64,000 nucleotides of DNA from Candidatus Bathyarchaeota archaeon (GCA_963832745.1 CAWHVC010000001.1:128001-192000), one strand, 5' to 3'; positions 18,960-30,205 are shown, numbered from the stretch's first letter. Numbers and translations are program-made. The notes: a model not told the origin generated them from the sequence alone.

Positions 18960-21596
18960 TTGAAAACAAACAATAAATCGCTAGTTTTAATCAGCACCAT
19001 AATATTGCTCGCATCAACAATTCTAATCTTCATGCCTCCAACAGCAAACGCTCAACAAGGCGTAACAATAGGCACCCCACAAGTTCCAACCACAGGCGGA
19101 CCATTACCTGACGGAGTCACACCAAGTGTATCAATCGACACAATCCCATACGTAAGCTTCTCACCAAACCCAATCGGCGTAGGCCAAGACCTTTTAATCA
19201 ACGTTTGGCTACAACCCGCAACACAAGTCAACCGAGCACACACAGGATACACCGTAACAATCACCAAACCAGACGGTTCCGAAATAGTAGTTGGACCATT
19301 CGTTTCCTACCAAGCAGACGCAACAGCATGGTTAACCTACACGCCAAATGTAGCAGGAAACTATACAATCCAATTCTCCTTTGCAGGCGACTATTACCCA
19401 GCAGGATACTACTACATGGGCTTATTAGCCAACACGTCACAATCATCAACCATCTACGTTTCAGGCGGAAACATGGCAAACCAAGGCTTCAACGCCACAC
19501 AAGACTGCTACTACAAACCATCAACATCCCAAAAATACGCACTCGTAGTACAAGACGAAATGGTTCCAAGCTGGCAATCAACACCCCTACCAACAGATTA
19601 CTGGACACGCCCAATCACACCAAACAACCGAGAATGGTGGGTAATCGGCGGCAACTGCCCCAACAATGAAATCGGCGGCGGCACCGGTTCAGAAGGCTGG
19701 CCAGACAACACCAACATTTACCGAAGCAACTACAAATACACCCCATACGTTTTGGGACCAAACAGTGGACACATCGTCTGGAAAATGCAGGGCCCCGGAT
19801 TTAGCGGAGCCTTCGGCGGACTAATCGACGGAGCATACACCAAATATCAACAGGCAGACCAAGACTTCAACGGCGCAAGCTTCAGCTTCGGCACCGCAGG
19901 CCCAGGCAACGCTGGAAACCCCAACATTGTATGGCAAGGGCGATGCTACCAATCAATAACCAAAGTCTTCGACGGAGTAACACAGTCAGTTTGGACATGC
20001 TATGACCTGCGAACAGGAGAAATATACTGGGAAAAAACAGGCATAACCCAAGTTCCACAATACATTTCATACTCTGAAAACGCGCCGCCAGTCTCCGGAG
20101 CAGGCGCAAGAACCGACCGAACCGTAGCAAGCCTCCTGTACGTAGGCAACAACCGCGTAATCAAATACAACCCAATGACCGGCGCAGTAACACTTAACCA
20201 AAGCATTCCAACAATGAATTCTGTAAGCTTCTATGCAGACCCATACGTTTTAAGCATACAAAACCAAGGCAACACCACAAACCCAAACTACCACCTACTC
20301 AACTGGACACTTGAAGGACTAGGAAGCAACTTCACCAATAACGTGTTAAATGACGTATCATATCCTTTCTCGTCAATTGGAACAGCCGATTATGAATCAA
20401 TGGTGGCAATCACAACATCAAGCGCAACCTCCCCCGCAACAGGAGTAGCCTCTGACGTCAGAATAATCGCCACAAGCCTAACCTCAGGACAACTACTCTG
20501 GAACATTTCAGCAGACACTGGCTACCCAATCTTCAGCGGAACAACAGCAGTTGCAGATCACGGCAAATTCGCCGTACGATTTGACGATGGGCACTTCTAC
20601 GCTTGGGACCTCCACAGTGGACAAAGAGTTTGGCAAAGTGAACTTTCAAGCACTCCCTGGGGAACCTTCGGCTGCTATTCAGTAGAATCAGCCTATGGAC
20701 TGCTTTTCGCAAACCAATACGACGGAGTAGTAGCCTTCAACTGGAACGACGGCAAAATCGCCTGGTGGTTCCAAGCCCCAGCGCCAGCATTTGAAACACC
20801 ATACACCAACGGAACAGGAAACATAAACGGTTCAGTATACTCATTCTTCAGCGACAGCATAGTAGCAGACGGCAAAGTCTACACTTACACCGTAGAACAC
20901 TCGCCAACCGCCCCATTAACACGTGGCTGGAAAACATTCTGCATCAACGCAACCACAGGCGAACAAGTCTGGCAAGCAAATGCACCCATGACCCCTGGAG
21001 TCGTAGCAGACGGCTACATAACAGCAACAAGCTACTACGACGCTCACCTATACGTTTTCGGCAAAGGCATAAGCCAAACCACCGTTACAGCGCCACAAAC
21101 ACAAATAACCAGTGGAACAAACGCAGTAATATCTGGAACAGTGCTTGACCAGTCACCTGGACAGCCGGGAACACCATGTGTCAGCAAAGATTCAATGGCT
21201 GAATGGATGGCATACCTGCATCTCGATGGACCCTGCCCAACAAACATCGGCGGTGTCCCAGTATCTATCGACGCAGTTGACCCCAACAACAACTTTGTTC
21301 ACCTCGGAGAAACAGTAAGTGATGAAAGCGGCACCTTCGCATTCGTATGGACACCTGAAATGGCTGGAGATTACAAGATAAGCGCTACATTCGTAGGTGA
21401 CGACTCATACGGCAGTTCATACGCCAACACTTACGTTACAGTAGCCGACGCGGCAGCCCCAACGCCAACGGCATCCCAAAACAGCAGCACAAACGACATT
21501 GTCGGAGCACTTTCAACATACCTTATCGGTGTTGCAATCGCAATAATAATTGCGGTAGCCATCGTGGGCATGCTGATTCTGCGGAAAAAGGCATAA
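18960..21596 (+). CDS. Large surface protein with PQQ-like beta-propeller and Ig-like domains
   Basis: Signal peptide; repeats DLRTGEIYW, DLHSGQRVW, NATTGEQVW; C-terminal TM plus RKKA. Confidence 0.88.
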   Translation: MKTNNKSLVLISTIILLASTILIFMPPTANAQQGVTIGTPQVPTTGGPLPDGVTPSVSIDTIPYVSFSPNPIGVGQDLLINVWLQPATQVNRAHTGYTVTITKPDGSEIVVGPFVSYQADATAWLTYTPNVAGNYTIQFSFAGDYYPAGYYYMGLLANTSQSSTIYVSGGNMANQGFNATQDCYYKPSTSQKYALVVQDEMVPSWQSTPLPTDYWTRPITPNNREWWVIGGNCPNNEIGGGTGSEGWPDNTNIYRSNYKYTPYVLGPNSGHIVWKMQGPGFSGAFGGLIDGAYTKYQQADQDFNGASFSFGTAGPGNAGNPNIVWQGRCYQSITKVFDGVTQSVWTCYDLRTGEIYWEKTGITQVPQYISYSENAPPVSGAGARTDRTVASLLYVGNNRVIKYNPMTGAVTLNQSIPTMNSVSFYADPYVLSIQNQGNTTNPNYHLLNWTLEGLGSNFTNNVLNDVSYPFSSIGTADYESMVAITTSSATSPATGVASDVRIIATSLTSGQLLWNISADTGYPIFSGTTAVADHGKFAVRFDDGHFYAWDLHSGQRVWQSELSSTPWGTFGCYSVESAYGLLFANQYDGVVAFNWNDGKIAWWFQAPAPAFETPYTNGTGNINGSVYSFFSDSIVADGKVYTYTVEHSPTAPLTRGWKTFCINATTGEQVWQANAPMTPGVVADGYITATSYYDAHLYVFGKGISQTTVTAPQTQITSGTNAVISGTVLDQSPGQPGTPCVSKDSMAEWMAYLHLDGPCPTNIGGVPVSIDAVDPNNNFVHLGETVSDESGTFAFVWTPEMAGDYKISATFVGDDSYGSSYANTYVTVADAAAPTPTASQNSSTNDIVGALSTYLIGVAIAIIIAVAIVGMLILRKKA

Positions 21597-21726
21597 AACA
21601 AAATCAACAATCCTCTTCTTTTTTTGTTTTTAAATCAATCACTTCTGTTTAGGTAAACAGGGTTTTGTTTTCAGAAACCTTTAAAACAGCATAGGTCATT
21701 TTTGATGTGAGTGTCCCAGGATATGT

Positions 21727-21803
21727 GCCGAGGTAGCTCAGCCTGGGAGAGCGCTCGGCTGAAGACCGAGTCGTCGCATGTTCAAACCCTGCCCTCGGCA
21801 CCA
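21727..21803 (+). tRNA. tRNA-Phe(GAA)
   Basis: GCCGAGG/CCTCGGC acceptor, CTCGG-CTGAAGA-CCGAG anticodon arm, encoded CCA; one T:C mismatch in the T-stem. Confidence 0.95.
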
Positions 21804-21949
21804 CACCATTAACTTGACATCTGTTAGCGACACTTTTTAATTGGCGTGGAACTGTTAGCAACATTTTATTTAGGTTTCCTAAACAACTTAACTTCCTTAT
21901 CTTTGCCATATTCACAGTGCAATTCAAAGCCCGTCTCGATTAGTTCCAA

Positions 21950-22254
21950 TGCTTCTTCAGAGGTTCTTGAATCTTACACGTGAAATTCTCGGGCGGTACA
22001 ACTGAGTTGGGAGTTGTGTCAACATCTAAAGAATTCTATGAAAAAACTCAGATAGCTTATGTTTTATTTCTAAAATTTCTGGCGAAACCAGACTTCGGTC
22101 TCTTAGGGATTACACGGGCGCGCTTAAACAAGCCGGTTGGAACGTTAACCGTGTTGAGCGACCTACTTTCGACCTTGTAAACGTTGAGGTATCCAACGAT
22201 CCATGGCTAATAAATACTGCAACTATAATTGCGAATCTAAACATTCGGTCTTAA
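21950..22254 (+). pseudogene. Gene remnant, possibly the C-terminus of a SAM methyltransferase
   Basis: Broken frames give ..SGETRLRSLRDYTGALKQAGWNVNRVE..TIIA..*; no start codon. Family assignment is tentative. Confidence 0.3.
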
Positions 22255-22335
22255 TTGTTCGCCCTTTTCTAAAGGGTGTTATCGCTCTTTTTCTCTTTTT
22301 GTGTTTTTTGTTACGGAGTACGTAAACTTTAATTA

Positions 22336-22357
22336 GTTAGCTTATCTAACAGTTAGA
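22336..22357. promoter_or_regulatory. Palindromic operator upstream of the MarR gene
   Basis: GTTAG-N5-CTAAC overlapping TCTAAC-A-GTTAGA, 12 nt before the start codon. Confidence 0.55.
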
Positions 22358-22369
22358 AAGTGAAATTAA

Positions 22370-22822
22370 TTGTCTGCTGAAGAATGTGCCCATGAATTAC
22401 TTGAAACTGTCCCTTTAGTTATGAGGGATATACGCACACAAATGCGTAATCGAAGAAGCACCGACCTCACTGTCCCCCAATACCGTACCTTAGCTTTCAT
22501 ACACCGAAATGAAGGTGCCTCACTTACCAAAGTAGCAGACCACCTAGGTCTCAAGTTGCCAACTATGTCCAAGATGGTAGATTCCCTTTTCAACAAGGGA
22601 TTATTGCAACGCGAGGAGCAGTCCACAGATAGGCGTCGCGTGAAGTTGGTCGCTACGGCGCAGGGCGTAAAAATAATGGAGGCTTCTAGACAGGGAACTC
22701 TGAAGCATCTTTCCATGCAACTGGAACCAGTAAAGGTCGCAGATAAACAGGTCATTGTTGAAGCGATGAAAATATTGCGTTTAGTCTTCAAAGAAGCAAA
22801 TAAAACATTAGACGTGAAATAA
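22370..22822 (+). CDS. MarR family transcriptional regulator
   Basis: LTVPQYRTL, wHTH, DRRRVKLVATAQG. Confidence 0.92.
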   Translation: MSAEECAHELLETVPLVMRDIRTQMRNRRSTDLTVPQYRTLAFIHRNEGASLTKVADHLGLKLPTMSKMVDSLFNKGLLQREEQSTDRRRVKLVATAQGVKIMEASRQGTLKHLSMQLEPVKVADKQVIVEAMKILRLVFKEANKTLDVK

Positions 22823-22906
22823 CCATGCTACTTCTAAAGGCTGTATATTTTCCCTACCGCTCAAGTTATTCTGAATCTGTAACCAAAAATTGAAGGAGTA
22901 AATTCT

Positions 22907-23906
22907 ATGGGTCTCGCTATTGATATTCAAAATCTTGCCAAAACTTATGCTGGAGGGTTTAGAGCGCTTGATGGCGTCAACTTAAAAGTTGAAGCTGGCA
23001 AAGTTTTTGCTCTTCTGGGTCCTAACGGTGCTGGAAAAACCACTCTAATGAGGATTTTGACAACTCAACTTAAACCAACTGAAGGCTCGGCCAGCGTCTT
23101 TGGGTTAGATGTCGATAAAGAGGATGCAAAGGTTAGACGGCTTATCGGTTATGTTCCGCAAGAGATGAGTGTTTGGACCGATATAAGTGGTTACGAAAAT
23201 TTGCTTATTTACGCTAAACTGTATGGTGTTCCATCTTCAAAAAGAAAAGAAATAATTGAAGATGCCTTAAGAAAAATGGGTTTAACTCCAGTTAAAGATC
23301 GACTTCTTAAGACGTACTCAGGTGGTATGATTCGTAGGCTTGAGATTGCTTGTGTTTTGTGGGTTAAACCTAAAATTCTTCATAGTTGACGAACCCACTA
23401 TCGGTTTAGACCCCTCCGCTCGGAAAGTAGTGTGGTCTGAACTTACATCCTTTAAACGTGAATGTGGTGTAACCGTTTTCTTTAATACACATTACATGGA
23501 TGAAGCTGACCTGTATTCAGACGGAATCGCTATAATTAACAATGGTAAAATCGTAAAAGTAAGCACTGCTGATGAACTCAAGCGTTCAGTTGGAAGAGAC
23601 ATTCTATCATTAGCCATAGATAGTGATCAATTAAGCAAGGCTTGCCTGAAAAAAGTAAAGCACATAAATCTGGTTGATGATGTTGTCCAAAACGATTCAG
23701 AATTAAGGATAACAACTAAAGATGCCGAGACCATCTTGCCTGACATCATCGAAACTTTAAGATTTGAACGTGTCTCTATCCATAAAGTTTCTATGACAAG
23801 GCCAACCTTGGATGATGTTTTTCTAAAATATGCCGGGCTTAGGCTCGATTCTACTGGTAGAATCAGCGAGGTTAGACAAGTACGCGATATGATTCGGAGA
23901 GGTTAA
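22907..23906 (+). CDS. ABC-2 exporter ATP-binding protein (DrrA-like), one frameshift
   Basis: GPNGAGKTT, YSGGMIRRLEIA, DEPTIGLDP; frame change near 23380. Confidence 0.9.
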
Positions 23907-23935
23907 CCATACAACTGCCTACTTTTGTTAGAAAC

Positions 23936-24679
23936 GTGTTCGTTATGATGGAGCTTGAATTAAGACGCATAAGACACGACAGAATGGAGCTCTATACCCG
24001 TGCAATCCAACCGGTCCTGTGGCTTGTTGTTTTTGCTCCAATAATGAGTGGTATCAAAGCTATACCTACAGGTAACATTCCCTATGTTGACTACGTTGTG
24101 CCAGGCGTTTTGATACAGTCTACAACGATGGTTGCCATATTCTTCGGTTTAACGCTAATTTTCGAGCGTGAATCAGGCATACTCAAAAAACTCCTAGTTA
24201 CTCCAACTTCCAGATACACAATTGTTATAGGCCGATCGATGTCCGCAGGTGTCAGAGCATTGTTTCAAATTCTGATAATTATTCCCTTCGCATTATTGAT
24301 AGGTGTAAGCTTCTTACCAAACCCTTTGAATTTCTTATTGGCAATTCTTATACTGTTTTTTGCCGCTGGCGGTTTCGCGGCGCTTTCGATTTTTATCGCT
24401 TCATTCTTGAAGGCGCGTGAGCGGTTTCAAGCCATAGGTCAAGCTATAACTTTTCCGTTGTTCTTTGCAAGTAATTCGCTATACCCAATTAGTTTGATGC
24501 CGCCTATTTTACAGGAGTTTTCACGCTACAACCCAATGACATACATAGTTGACGCTGTTAGAGGCTTGCTTATAAGCGGCGATTTGTCAAATTTGCCTAT
24601 TGATTTGCTGGGTACATCAGTGTTTGTTGGTTTAATGTTCTTTTTAGCTTCTGTGAGTTTTAAGAGAATAATCCAATAA
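23936..24679 (+). CDS. ABC-2 type permease (DrrB-like)
   Basis: ERESGILKKLLVTP and NPMTYIVDAVRGLL motifs, six TM segments. Confidence 0.9.
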   Translation: MFVMMELELRRIRHDRMELYTRAIQPVLWLVVFAPIMSGIKAIPTGNIPYVDYVVPGVLIQSTTMVAIFFGLTLIFERESGILKKLLVTPTSRYTIVIGRSMSAGVRALFQILIIIPFALLIGVSFLPNPLNFLLAILILFFAAGGFAALSIFIASFLKARERFQAIGQAITFPLFFASNSLYPISLMPPILQEFSRYNPMTYIVDAVRGLLISGDLSNLPIDLLGTSVFVGLMFFLASVSFKRIIQ

Positions 24680-24697
24680 AACTATTTTTTTATGCTT

Positions 24698-25577
24698 TTA
24701 AAAAAATAATTGGGCATTTTGCCGTTTGTTCACCAGTAACGCTTGTTTAGCTTTGTCTTTGTTTGTCGTCATGGAAACCGTCATTTTATGTACTATTTTG
24801 TTGTCTATGGTTTGTCCGTAAATGAGCCTTAAAACATTAGTGCGACTCAGCAAAATTTTTGGTTCCAGCACCATAACCTACTTTCAATGGAACAATGGCT
24901 GGGTAAAAAAGACAAACATCATCTATCAAGTTAGTTAAAATGGATACGCCTGTGGGTGTTGCAAGTTCTGCTTCTATTGGTCCACCGTGAAATGGGAACT
25001 GGTTTGTTTGAAGTATGGCTAATGTTGCAGGGGCTGGACTTGGTATAGTGCCGTGTGAAATTTTGAAGATTCCTCCACCTACCGCGATAGGTGTAGAATA
25101 TATTTTTGTGTCAAACAAGCCTAAATCGTCTATTGCTACTGTGGTTCCAATTATTTCAGCGGCTGTGTCTACTAGTGAGACCTCATCCAGAACGCCATCG
25201 TAAAACTTTGTTTTATGCAGTTTTTCTTCGGTATTGACCAGTGTTAGAATTGTTTTGGAAGCAAATTCTTTAGCTTTTGTAGACAGTTGAAGTTTGCTTG
25301 TGACATCATCCACGATTTCGATAAGCTCTTTGCTTAATTTCCTATCCGGTGTTTCTGAGGTTACATCAATGTTAGTTGATTTAAACTCGCTACGCATTAC
25401 CTGCTTGATCTGAATTTTAATGTTTTTGTACCCATAAATAGGGTTGTCCAAATTTTTTATTGCATCCACAATCTTGTCAACGTTAGCTCCCAAGTCAATT
25501 AATGCTCCAAGAACCATATCGCCTGCTATGCCGGAAGCTTGACAATCTATGATAAGTACCTTATTCTTTTCAATCAT
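24698..25577 (-). CDS. larC: LarC-family nickel insertion protein, N-terminal domain only, frameshift near the C-terminus
   Basis: IDCQASGIAGDMVLGALIDLG, HG.IPSPAPAT, ELATPTG, GYGAGTK; NVLRL continues in another frame to TAA at 24698. Confidence 0.8.
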
Positions 25578-25724
25578 AAAAATCACCAAAACCCAGTTTC
25601 CATAAAGGAAACAAGCAATAGAATGGTGGTATTGCCATGTTTTAAACTGACTGAACATTTAAACCTGTGGTTATGGTCGCAATACTACGGAAAATGCACC
25701 GTTTTCTTCCTTTGCTCGATAGGC

Positions 25725-25987
25725 TTATTCTTTAGTAACAATTTTATGTGCATTTAAACAATGGCCTCTCACAGCAGCACATTTTTTGGTCCTGTGTTCT
25801 CTTGTTGCTGCCCATTTTAGAATTGGAATTATTGCTTGTCTGAGTTCAATTCCTTCCTGGCTTAAGGAGTACTCTACTCTTGGTGGTATTTCTGCGAAGG
25901 CTTCTCTGTTAACCAGTGATTCTTCCTGTAGCTTTTTGAGTGTATCGGCCAATGTTTTAGGGCTGATTCCAGCTAATTCTTTCAGAA
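25725..25987 (-). pseudogene. HxlR-family regulator, 5'-truncated
   Basis: LLKELAGISPKTLADTLKKL...IPPRVEYSLS.EG present; the N-terminal third is missing. Confidence 0.8.
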
Positions 25988-26680
25988 GGATACCGCATCT
26001 TAGTCGTAGACACTGACGAATCAAACTACGGTCTCAGCGCACAACTAGGATTAAACGATCCCAAAGAACTCATGGACCAAATCGGCGGAAAAAAGGTAGT
26101 GATGAACAAAATGATGGCTGCCCGTTCATGTGGAGAAAAAGCGCAAATCTTCAACGAAGACTGGAGCATCGACGCTATACCTTCTGATTGTGTTTCAAAA
26201 AAAGGCAACTTGAACCTGCTTAAGATTGGTAAAGTGAAGCATTTTGGCGAAGGTTGCGCTTGCCCTATGGGTGGGCTTTCAAGAGAATTTCTGATGCATC
26301 TGTTGTTGGCTCCAAAAGACATTGCAATTATTGATACAGAAGCTGGCGTGGAGCATCTGGGCAGAAGCATAGCTGGCCATGTTGACATTATTTTAGCCGT
26401 GATAGACCCATCTTATGAATCAGTGAAGTTGTCCAAAAAAATTGTTGAAATGGCCAAAGAAGGCGCTAAAACAGTTTATTTTGTAATCAACAAGACTGAC
26501 GATAAAATCGCTGAAAGCATAGCGGCCCAAATCGGCAAAGAACAAGTGATCAGTATTGTACCTTTCAACTCACGCATACAAAAGAAAGGCCTAACAGGCA
26601 ACGTTCTCGATTTCGAGTTAGACTCAATATCTACTATTTCACAATTTGTAATTCAAAACTTCCAAAACAAAGCCAAATAA
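25988..26680 (+). pseudogene. CooC/AcsF-like nickel insertion ATPase, 5'-truncated (no Walker A)
   Basis: Frame from 25988 reads GYRILVVDTDESNYGL..., then GEGCACP, DTEAGVEHLGR, VINK; the P-loop is absent. Confidence 0.8.
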
Positions 26681-26694
26681 TAAAGGTGTAACAA

Positions 26695-27945
26695 ATGAAT
26701 AAAACTGCAATTTATGCAATAGTGTGTATCGTAATAATTGCTGCTGGTGCTGCAGTAGGTTATTCTTACCTATCAGCGCCATCCAATTCACCATCACCTT
26801 CAACGTCACCATCTGCTTCTTCAACAACCACACCTAGCGCCTCTACCTCTCCGACACAGACTCCCACAGCTACTGCTACGCCAGACGCTTCTACATCTCC
26901 AACCGCAACCCCCACTCCAACAACAACACCAATGCCACCAACACAACAAATAACAGACATGGTAGGTCGAACAGTTACGGTTTCTAACAATATTACACGT
27001 GTTATCGGTGTAAACTACGGTTGCATGAGATTATTGACCTATATGGATGCTAGTTCTCTTATTTGCGGTGTTGAACAAACAGAATTAACTGCCGGTGCGC
27101 GTCCTTACGCTCTTGCACATCCTGAATACGCAGAACTACCAGTTATAGGTCCACAATTCGGTGGAGACCCAGAATTAATAGCTGCACAAGAACCCGATGT
27201 AGTGTTTGTTACTGATTTTTCAAAAACAGACCTCGACTCATTACAAAGCCAACTTGGCATTCCTGTTATAGGTATCACATACAGCAATAATTTGGATACA
27301 CAAGAAAATCGCCAAATTCTATACGATAGTTTAAATCTTATTGGTAAAGTGCTGCATAAGGAAGACCGTGCTACCGATGTTAAGAACTACATAGATGGAG
27401 TTGTCGCTGACCTTAATGCCCGAACAAGTAGTATACCTGACGCTGATAAACCGACCGTTTACATTGCTGGTCTTTCTTCTCGTGGTGCTCATGGATTCAC
27501 CTCAACAAGCGCTGCATATTCCCCCTTCACTCTGACAAATTCAAAAAATGTGGTAACTCTCGAAATGACAAGTGGCTCTGATTCAGTGGTAAGCCTTGAC
27601 CTTGAAGCACTGCCTAGTCTTAACCCACAAGTAATCTTTGTAGACTACTCTGGCTTGACACTAATTAGACAAGACGTTCAAGACCACGCAGATGTGTTCA
27701 ATCAGCTTGATGCCATCAGCAATGGAAAAACTTACGGTGTATTAAGTTACAACTATTATGCAAACAATTTCGGCGTAGCTTTATCTGACGCATACTATGT
27801 TGGTTCAGTCCTTTATCCGTCACAATTTAGCGACATCGACCCCGTTCAAAAAGCCAACGAAATCTACACTTTCCTATGTGGTGCACCAGTCTATGACGAA
27901 ATGGTTGCACTGTATGGTCCTTTCGGACAAGTATCTCTAACGTAA
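26695..27945 (+). CDS. Metal-chelate/cobalamin ABC substrate-binding protein (BtuF/FecB-like) with S/T/P linker
   Basis: N-terminal TM, SPT-rich linker, ITDMVGRTVTV, DPELIAAQEPDVVF. Confidence 0.88.
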   Translation: MNKTAIYAIVCIVIIAAGAAVGYSYLSAPSNSPSPSTSPSASSTTTPSASTSPTQTPTATATPDASTSPTATPTPTTTPMPPTQQITDMVGRTVTVSNNITRVIGVNYGCMRLLTYMDASSLICGVEQTELTAGARPYALAHPEYAELPVIGPQFGGDPELIAAQEPDVVFVTDFSKTDLDSLQSQLGIPVIGITYSNNLDTQENRQILYDSLNLIGKVLHKEDRATDVKNYIDGVVADLNARTSSIPDADKPTVYIAGLSSRGAHGFTSTSAAYSPFTLTNSKNVVTLEMTSGSDSVVSLDLEALPSLNPQVIFVDYSGLTLIRQDVQDHADVFNQLDAISNGKTYGVLSYNYYANNFGVALSDAYYVGSVLYPSQFSDIDPVQKANEIYTFLCGAPVYDEMVALYGPFGQVSLT

Positions 27946-28067
27946 ACAGGTTAAGAAATTGACCATACAACTTTTCCTTTTTTCTTTCTATTTAAAGCGA
28001 TAAAAAGTGCTTGGTTCTGAAAACACCGAGCAGAGTGTCTATCAAGAAACTTGGAGGCTAAAAATAA

Positions 28068-29138
28068 ATGAAAAACGCAAAAAACTTACTATTTTCCTTT
28101 ACTCCTAACTCTAAAGAGTACTCTTCTTTACTTAACTGTTCAATTGAAGGTTTGAAACGGTTTAACCTAATCATAACTGCTTATGATGCTGGACTGTTTG
28201 AGTTAACAACTACCCCTAAAACATCTCAAGCATTAGCAAAAGACCTTGGCAGCAGCCATGAAGTAATGGTTCAATTATTCTGTGACGCCTTAGTTGAAAT
28301 AGGTTTAATGACGAAATCAAATGGGGCATATGTTAATTCTCCGTTAACTGCAACCTACCTCTGCAAGGATTCTCCTCATTATATGCGGCATTCGTTGCAC
28401 AACATGAAATTAAACGCTGGCCGCTGGGCATTGTTGTCATCCATTCTTAAAAATGGTCCAATAATGCAAGAAAGAGATGATTTCTTTGGTTCAAACTGGC
28501 TTTACAGCATCGCCGAAGGAGCTGAAGCTGGCTCAGTAGCCAATACCTTAAATGTTGTAACTGCACATGTTGACCCAAAACGTTGGCTCAGGCTACTTGA
28601 TCTTGGGGGTGGTCATGGTCTTTATGCCATAGGATTTACTGCACTTAATCCTAAATTGGAAGCGTATGTTTTTGATCTTCCAAAAGCAGTTCCAATAGCC
28701 AAAGAATACATCAATGCTTACAATGCAAATAACGTGCATGTTATAACTGGAGACTTTAACAAAGACAATATAGGCCAAGGGTACGACGCGGTGTTTTCTT
28801 CTTTTAACCAAAGTTGTTTTGACCCTACTTTCATACCGAAAATAGTGCAATCTTTAGCACCTAACGGCGACGTTATTCTTAGACGATTTAAAGATTCAAC
28901 AAGAACTGGCGCTTTGGCCACTTTAGATTGGAACCTGCATGGTTTTGAAGGCAAAAAAATCGGCAGCAAACCTCATTCATCCGACAGCACAGTAGATCGA
29001 GAAACTTACCTTAAACACTTAGCGGCTTCAGGCCTCAAAGTGTTAGGCACTTTTACAGTCGACGAAATATCTGAAATAACATTTGCTCAAAAACCTAAAA
29101 TCGAGGAAGATTCAACAAAATGCAACGCAACAAGCTAA
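28068..29138 (+). CDS. SAM-dependent O-methyltransferase (dimerisation plus Methyltransf_2 type)
   Basis: LLDLGGGHG, VFDLP and GDF motifs; N-terminal wHTH-like region. Confidence 0.88.
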   Translation: MKNAKNLLFSFTPNSKEYSSLLNCSIEGLKRFNLIITAYDAGLFELTTTPKTSQALAKDLGSSHEVMVQLFCDALVEIGLMTKSNGAYVNSPLTATYLCKDSPHYMRHSLHNMKLNAGRWALLSSILKNGPIMQERDDFFGSNWLYSIAEGAEAGSVANTLNVVTAHVDPKRWLRLLDLGGGHGLYAIGFTALNPKLEAYVFDLPKAVPIAKEYINAYNANNVHVITGDFNKDNIGQGYDAVFSSFNQSCFDPTFIPKIVQSLAPNGDVILRRFKDSTRTGALATLDWNLHGFEGKKIGSKPHSSDSTVDRETYLKHLAASGLKVLGTFTVDEISEITFAQKPKIEEDSTKCNATS

Positions 29139-30205
29139 AAAACAAAGACAAGCAAGAACAAAACCAACAAGAAGAGACTTCAGGCTACACTAAGTACGTT
29201 GGTAGAAAAGTATTATTCATAACCCTTTGCTTAGTGGCTTTAGTTATAGTTACTATGGTGGCTTTATGCATTGGCTCGGCAGGTCTTTCACTCTCTGAAG
29301 TTATGGATCAAATCATAAACCAAAGTGGTATAGCTTGGAGTATCCGCTTGCCAAGAGTCTTAGTGGCTGTTGTTGCAGGTGCAATGCTTGCCGTTGCAGG
29401 CTCAGTAATGCAGTGCCTTCTAAAGAACCCCTTATGTGAACCTTACACTTTGGGCTTAAGTCAGGCAGCAGCTTTCGGTGCGTCCTTTGCAATATTGTTT
29501 CTGGGTGCTGGCGCTTTACACAGCAGTTCTAAAGATGCTGTTATAATAAGCAATCAGTACTCTGTAACAATCTGTGCATTCTGTTTTTGTATGGTATCAA
29601 CACTTGTAGTTTTAGCTCTTACACGACTAACTAAAGTTTCACCTGAAGCAATAGTTTTATCAGGAATTGTTTTAGGCTCCATATTTGGTGCTGGCCTTAC
29701 TGCAATACAATACTTTGCAAGCGATGTTCAAATTGCATCTATTGTTCATTGGACATTTGGTGACCTAAGCAGAATAACTTGGGATAACCTGCTTTTGGTT
29801 GGGGCACTTTCTGTACCAATACTACTCTATTTTATGTATAACCGCTGGAACTATAATGCAATTGACGCTGGAATTGACACTGCAAACAGTTTAGGCGTAA
29901 ACGTTGACAGACACGTCTTAGTTGGCATGGTTCTATCTAGTGTTGTCGCTGCAGTAATCGTTTCTTTAATGGGCATAATCGGTTTCGTAGGTTTACTTGC
30001 TCCACACATGGTTCGGCGAGTAATAGGTTCAGACAATCGTTTCGTTATACCGGCTGCGGCTGTAGTTGGTGCCTTAATACTTCTGGTATCTGACACTTTA
30101 GCAAGAAACATAATTTCCCCCCTAGTGCTTCCGGTAGGTGTTATAACCGCTTTTCTCGGTGGCCCCTTGTTCCTGTACATACTAATTAGGAGGTACAGAA
30201 AGTAA
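29120..30205 (+). CDS. FecCD/BtuC family ABC permease
   Basis: IRLPRVL, KNPLCEPYTLG, GIIGFVGLLAPH, LPVGVITAFLGGP. Confidence 0.93.
   Translation: MQRNKLKNKDKQEQNQQEETSGYTKYVGRKVLFITLCLVALVIVTMVALCIGSAGLSLSEVMDQIINQSGIAWSIRLPRVLVAVVAGAMLAVAGSVMQCLLKNPLCEPYTLGLSQAAAFGASFAILFLGAGALHSSSKDAVIISNQYSVTICAFCFCMVSTLVVLALTRLTKVSPEAIVLSGIVLGSIFGAGLTAIQYFASDVQIASIVHWTFGDLSRITWDNLLLVGALSVPILLYFMYNRWNYNAIDAGIDTANSLGVNVDRHVLVGMVLSSVVAAVIVSLMGIIGFVGLLAPHMVRRVIGSDNRFVIPAAAVVGALILLVSDTLARNIISPLVLPVGVITAFLGGPLFLYILIRRYRK

Noticed and set aside
24830-24860. Programmed larC1/larC2 frameshift
   Set aside because: Only about 47 codons follow the shift and they do not form a LarC2 domain; indel errors are common here.
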